Made by a program: the position numbers and the translations under genes. Below are positions 62,104-64,000 of a stretch of DNA of 64,000 bases, one piece after another (position 1 is the first letter of the stretch; each line of letters opens with the position of its first letter). The notes under the pieces are model-generated. The model saw nothing but the letters and a program-made list of their open reading frames with translations, searched no databases and had not been told where the DNA came from. Source of the stretch: an uncultured Bdellovibrio sp. (GTDB lineage: Bacteria > Bdellovibrionota > Bdellovibrionia > Bdellovibrionales > Bdellovibrionaceae); assembly GCA_963932905.1 (NCBI GenBank), contig CAWVRN010000010.1:1-64000 (forward strand), written 5' to 3'.

Positions 62104-63211
62104 AAAATGCCTTACTTTTCCTAAACGATTCTACATCGGAGTACCCACAACAGAACATGGCAATCTTAAGTTCTCGGTATGTTTTATCAAAAAAACTAAA
62201 CAGATTATCTGGACTTAGTTTTTTCTTTTTCATATCGATGACTAAACTATTCAACCAAGGTTGAGCCATTCCGACTAGATGTGATCCCAATGCTAACATT
62301 TTAGCAGTATCAAGGCCGCTACGGACACCCCCGCTACCCCAAAACTGATAAGAAACACTGTCCTTATCGTGGAAATCCACCCACTCCGTTATATCATAAC
62401 CCCAGTCAGAAAACACAAATCCTGTATCTAATTCTAAAGATTTTTTTGGGTACCGAAGAGCTTCAATTCTAGCCCAATTGGTTCCACCCTGCCCTGAAAA
62501 ATCTACTGCATAGATTCCAGTCTGATTAAGACGTACCAAGTCCTTTTGGGAAAACCCAAAACCGACTTCTTTGACTATGACGGGAACAGCCAGCTCAGAG
62601 GTTAATTTCTCGATCGTTTTTAGGCCATTTTTAAACTGAGGGGTACCTTCTTTTTGAATACATTCCTGAAGAGCATTACAGTGAATGATTAAACCCGCCG
62701 CTTCGATATTATCGGTAATACGTTTCACCTGATCGATCGGAGTTGTGATCAATTGGCTAAGACCTAAATTCGAGAGCAAAATCGCTTTGGGATATTTCTT
62801 ACGAAGACGTTTCCATTCATTCAGCGCTTTATCATCGGTAAGTTCCTTACGCTGCGAACCCACGCCCATGATAATTTGTTTTTCCTGGCAAAGTAGAGCA
62901 AACGCTTCATTGATCGGTTCACCCAGAGCCGTTCCCGACGTCATAGAGCTAATAAAAAAAGGCGCTGATAATTTACGTCCGTTAAATTCAGACGAAAGGT
63001 CTACCTCATCGAAATTAATTTCTGGAAATGCCGTCGCTTTCAAAGAAACGCGATCCAGGAATCGATTGTAAGTAGTTTGAGTGACGTTATCTAAAGATAA
63101 AGAAAGATGATCGGCTTTACGAGAATCAAACGAAGGATCATGTGATGATTTTTTTAAAGACTTTTTTTTGAGAGACTTAGAGGCAGTTTTTTTCGGCGTG
63201 CTTTTTTTCAA
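62093..63211 (-). CDS. fni: Type 2 isopentenyl-diphosphate delta-isomerase
   Basis: RKADH, SSMT, GSQR, NALQE, KEVGFG, GGTNW and SGGVR motifs. TTG start. Confidence 0.93.
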   Translation of the reverse strand: MKKSTPKKTASKSLKKKSLKKSSHDPSFDSRKADHLSLSLDNVTQTTYNRFLDRVSLKATAFPEINFDEVDLSSEFNGRKLSAPFFISSMTSGTALGEPINEAFALLCQEKQIIMGVGSQRKELTDDKALNEWKRLRKKYPKAILLSNLGLSQLITTPIDQVKRITDNIEAAGLIIHCNALQECIQKEGTPQFKNGLKTIEKLTSELAVPVIVKEVGFGFSQKDLVRLNQTGIYAVDFSGQGGTNWARIEALRYPKKSLELDTGFVFSDWGYDITEWVDFHDKDSVSYQFWGSGGVRSGLDTAKMLALGSHLVGMAQPWLNSLVIDMKKKKLSPDNLFSFFDKTYRELKIAMFCCGYSDVESFRKSKAFYVK

Positions 63212-63227
63212 AATTTATCCCCAAAAT

Positions 63228-63256
63228 AAAAAAGGATCTTCGAAGAAGATCCTTTT
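63228..63256 (-). terminator. Rho-independent terminator after rplT
   Basis: AAAAGGATCTTC-TTC-GAAGATCCTTTTTT on the minus strand. Confidence 0.8.
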
Positions 63257-63300
63257 GAAATTTCCGTTCTTGTCTTCTTTAACCACCCAACCAAGGGCGA

Positions 63301-63407
63301 TTAAAAAGGTCAAGATCGAGGCCGCACAAGGAAGGGCAACCGGAGGGCTAGCAGCGCTAGCTCGTAGGGCGCCCGCCCGCGGAGAACGAAGAGCTTGGCC
63401 TTTTTAA
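63301..63407. repeat. GC-rich 107-bp element with terminal inverted repeats (MITE/REP-like)
   Basis: TTAAAAAGGTCAAG ... CTTGGCCTTTTTAA (13/14 match) with a central GGGCTAGC-AGC-GCTAGCTC hairpin. Confidence 0.6.
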
Positions 63408-63422
63408 GCGACCGCTCTGGGA

Positions 63423-63770
63423 CTACTTCATCGCAAATGCGCAAAGTTTTGCGAATCCAGCTGCATCATTCAATGCCATTTCCGCTAGATTTTTACGGTT
63501 CACTTCTACACCCGCTTTGATTAATCCACCAATTAAACGAGAGTATGTAGTTCCATTCAAACGCGCACCTGCATTGATACGTTGATTCCAAAGCGTACGG
63601 AAGTGACGCTTGTTCATCTTACGACCTTTGAACATGTACGCCATCGCACGGTCTACTTTTTCAGTAGCGTGGATGAATGCACGAGAGCCAGCTGAGTAAA
63701 AGCCTTTTGCTCTTTTTAATACCTTTTTGTGTCTTGCTTTATTTGTTTTACCTGATTTTACGCGTGGCAT
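63423..63770 (-). CDS. rplT: 50S ribosomal protein L20
   Basis: MPRVK, AKGF, FRTLW..RINA and YSRLI motifs. Confidence 0.98.
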   Translation of the reverse strand: MPRVKSGKTNKARHKKVLKRAKGFYSAGSRAFIHATEKVDRAMAYMFKGRKMNKRHFRTLWNQRINAGARLNGTTYSRLIGGLIKAGVEVNRKNLAEMALNDAAGFAKLCAFAMK

Positions 63771-63779
63771 GTCGGCTCC

Positions 63780-63971
63780 TTAAAATACCAATGTTCGGCT
63801 TGTTTGGTACATGTTAGCTGAATGAACATAAGTCACGTCGCCTAAATGTCGTTTTGTTTTTGATTTCATGTGAGAGTTCAAGTGGCGCATTCCAACTTGT
63901 TTACGCTTCACTTTACCGCTGGGAGTAAGACGCATGCGTTTCTTAGCTCCTGAGTGTGTTTTCTGTTTCAT
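63780..63971 (-). CDS. rpmI: 50S ribosomal protein L35
   Basis: [12 protein letters not shown] motif. Upstream of rplT. Confidence 0.96.
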   Translation of the reverse strand: MKQKTHSGAKKRMRLTPSGKVKRKQVGMRHLNSHMKSKTKRHLGDVTYVHSANMYQTSRTLVF

Positions 63972-64000
63972 TGTATACCTTTCTCAAACGAGGCGTCGTT

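Noticed and set aside
283..63071. Numerous 60-140 aa ORFs antisense to or nested in annotated genes
   Set aside because: They are shadow frames of well-supported genes and show no recognisable motifs.
63168..63407. 79-aa plus-strand ORF, or a pheM-type attenuator after rplT
   Set aside because: The ORF is antisense to the fni start and runs through the terminator and hairpin element. pheS does not follow and there is no Phe-rich leader on the coding strand.

Overview
AT-rich (roughly 40% GC by eye) chromosomal segment, most likely from a Bdellovibrionota (Bdellovibrio-like predatory) bacterium. This taxon is inferred from gene content and order: ftsH-cdaA-cdaR-glmM-pdxJ, a TrmD-associated SPOUT methyltransferase, a VKOR-DsbA fusion and a mevalonate operon. 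Most of the window is housekeeping: ffh-rpsP-khpA-rimM-trmD-rplS-rnhB-yraN, lptD, prfC, trhO, tilS-ftsH, nadE, hutG-ltaE-kynA, fni-mvaA-PMK-mvaD-mvk and rpmI-rplT. The main accessory element is a translationally coupled four-gene operon (35386-45033, minus strand) made of two paralog pairs of exported proteins. One pair is Cys-rich, carries an unfamiliar 'YxYxxxYGGR' repeat and ends in a DUF1566/Lcl-like domain. The other pair is lipoproteins with NHL-like propeller repeats. It is a candidate surface or prey-recognition apparatus. Other observations: a poly-T frameshift separating the lptD signal peptide from its body, an in-frame amber stop in an ABC permease, a PncA homologue with Gly in place of the catalytic Cys, a GC-rich MITE/REP-like hairpin after rplT, chained uORFs and a structured 3' region around an Hsp20 gene, and an intact-thioester alpha-2-macroglobulin. 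No rRNA, tRNA, CRISPR array, transposase, integrase or reverse transcriptase was recognised. All family calls come from motif recognition, not database searches.
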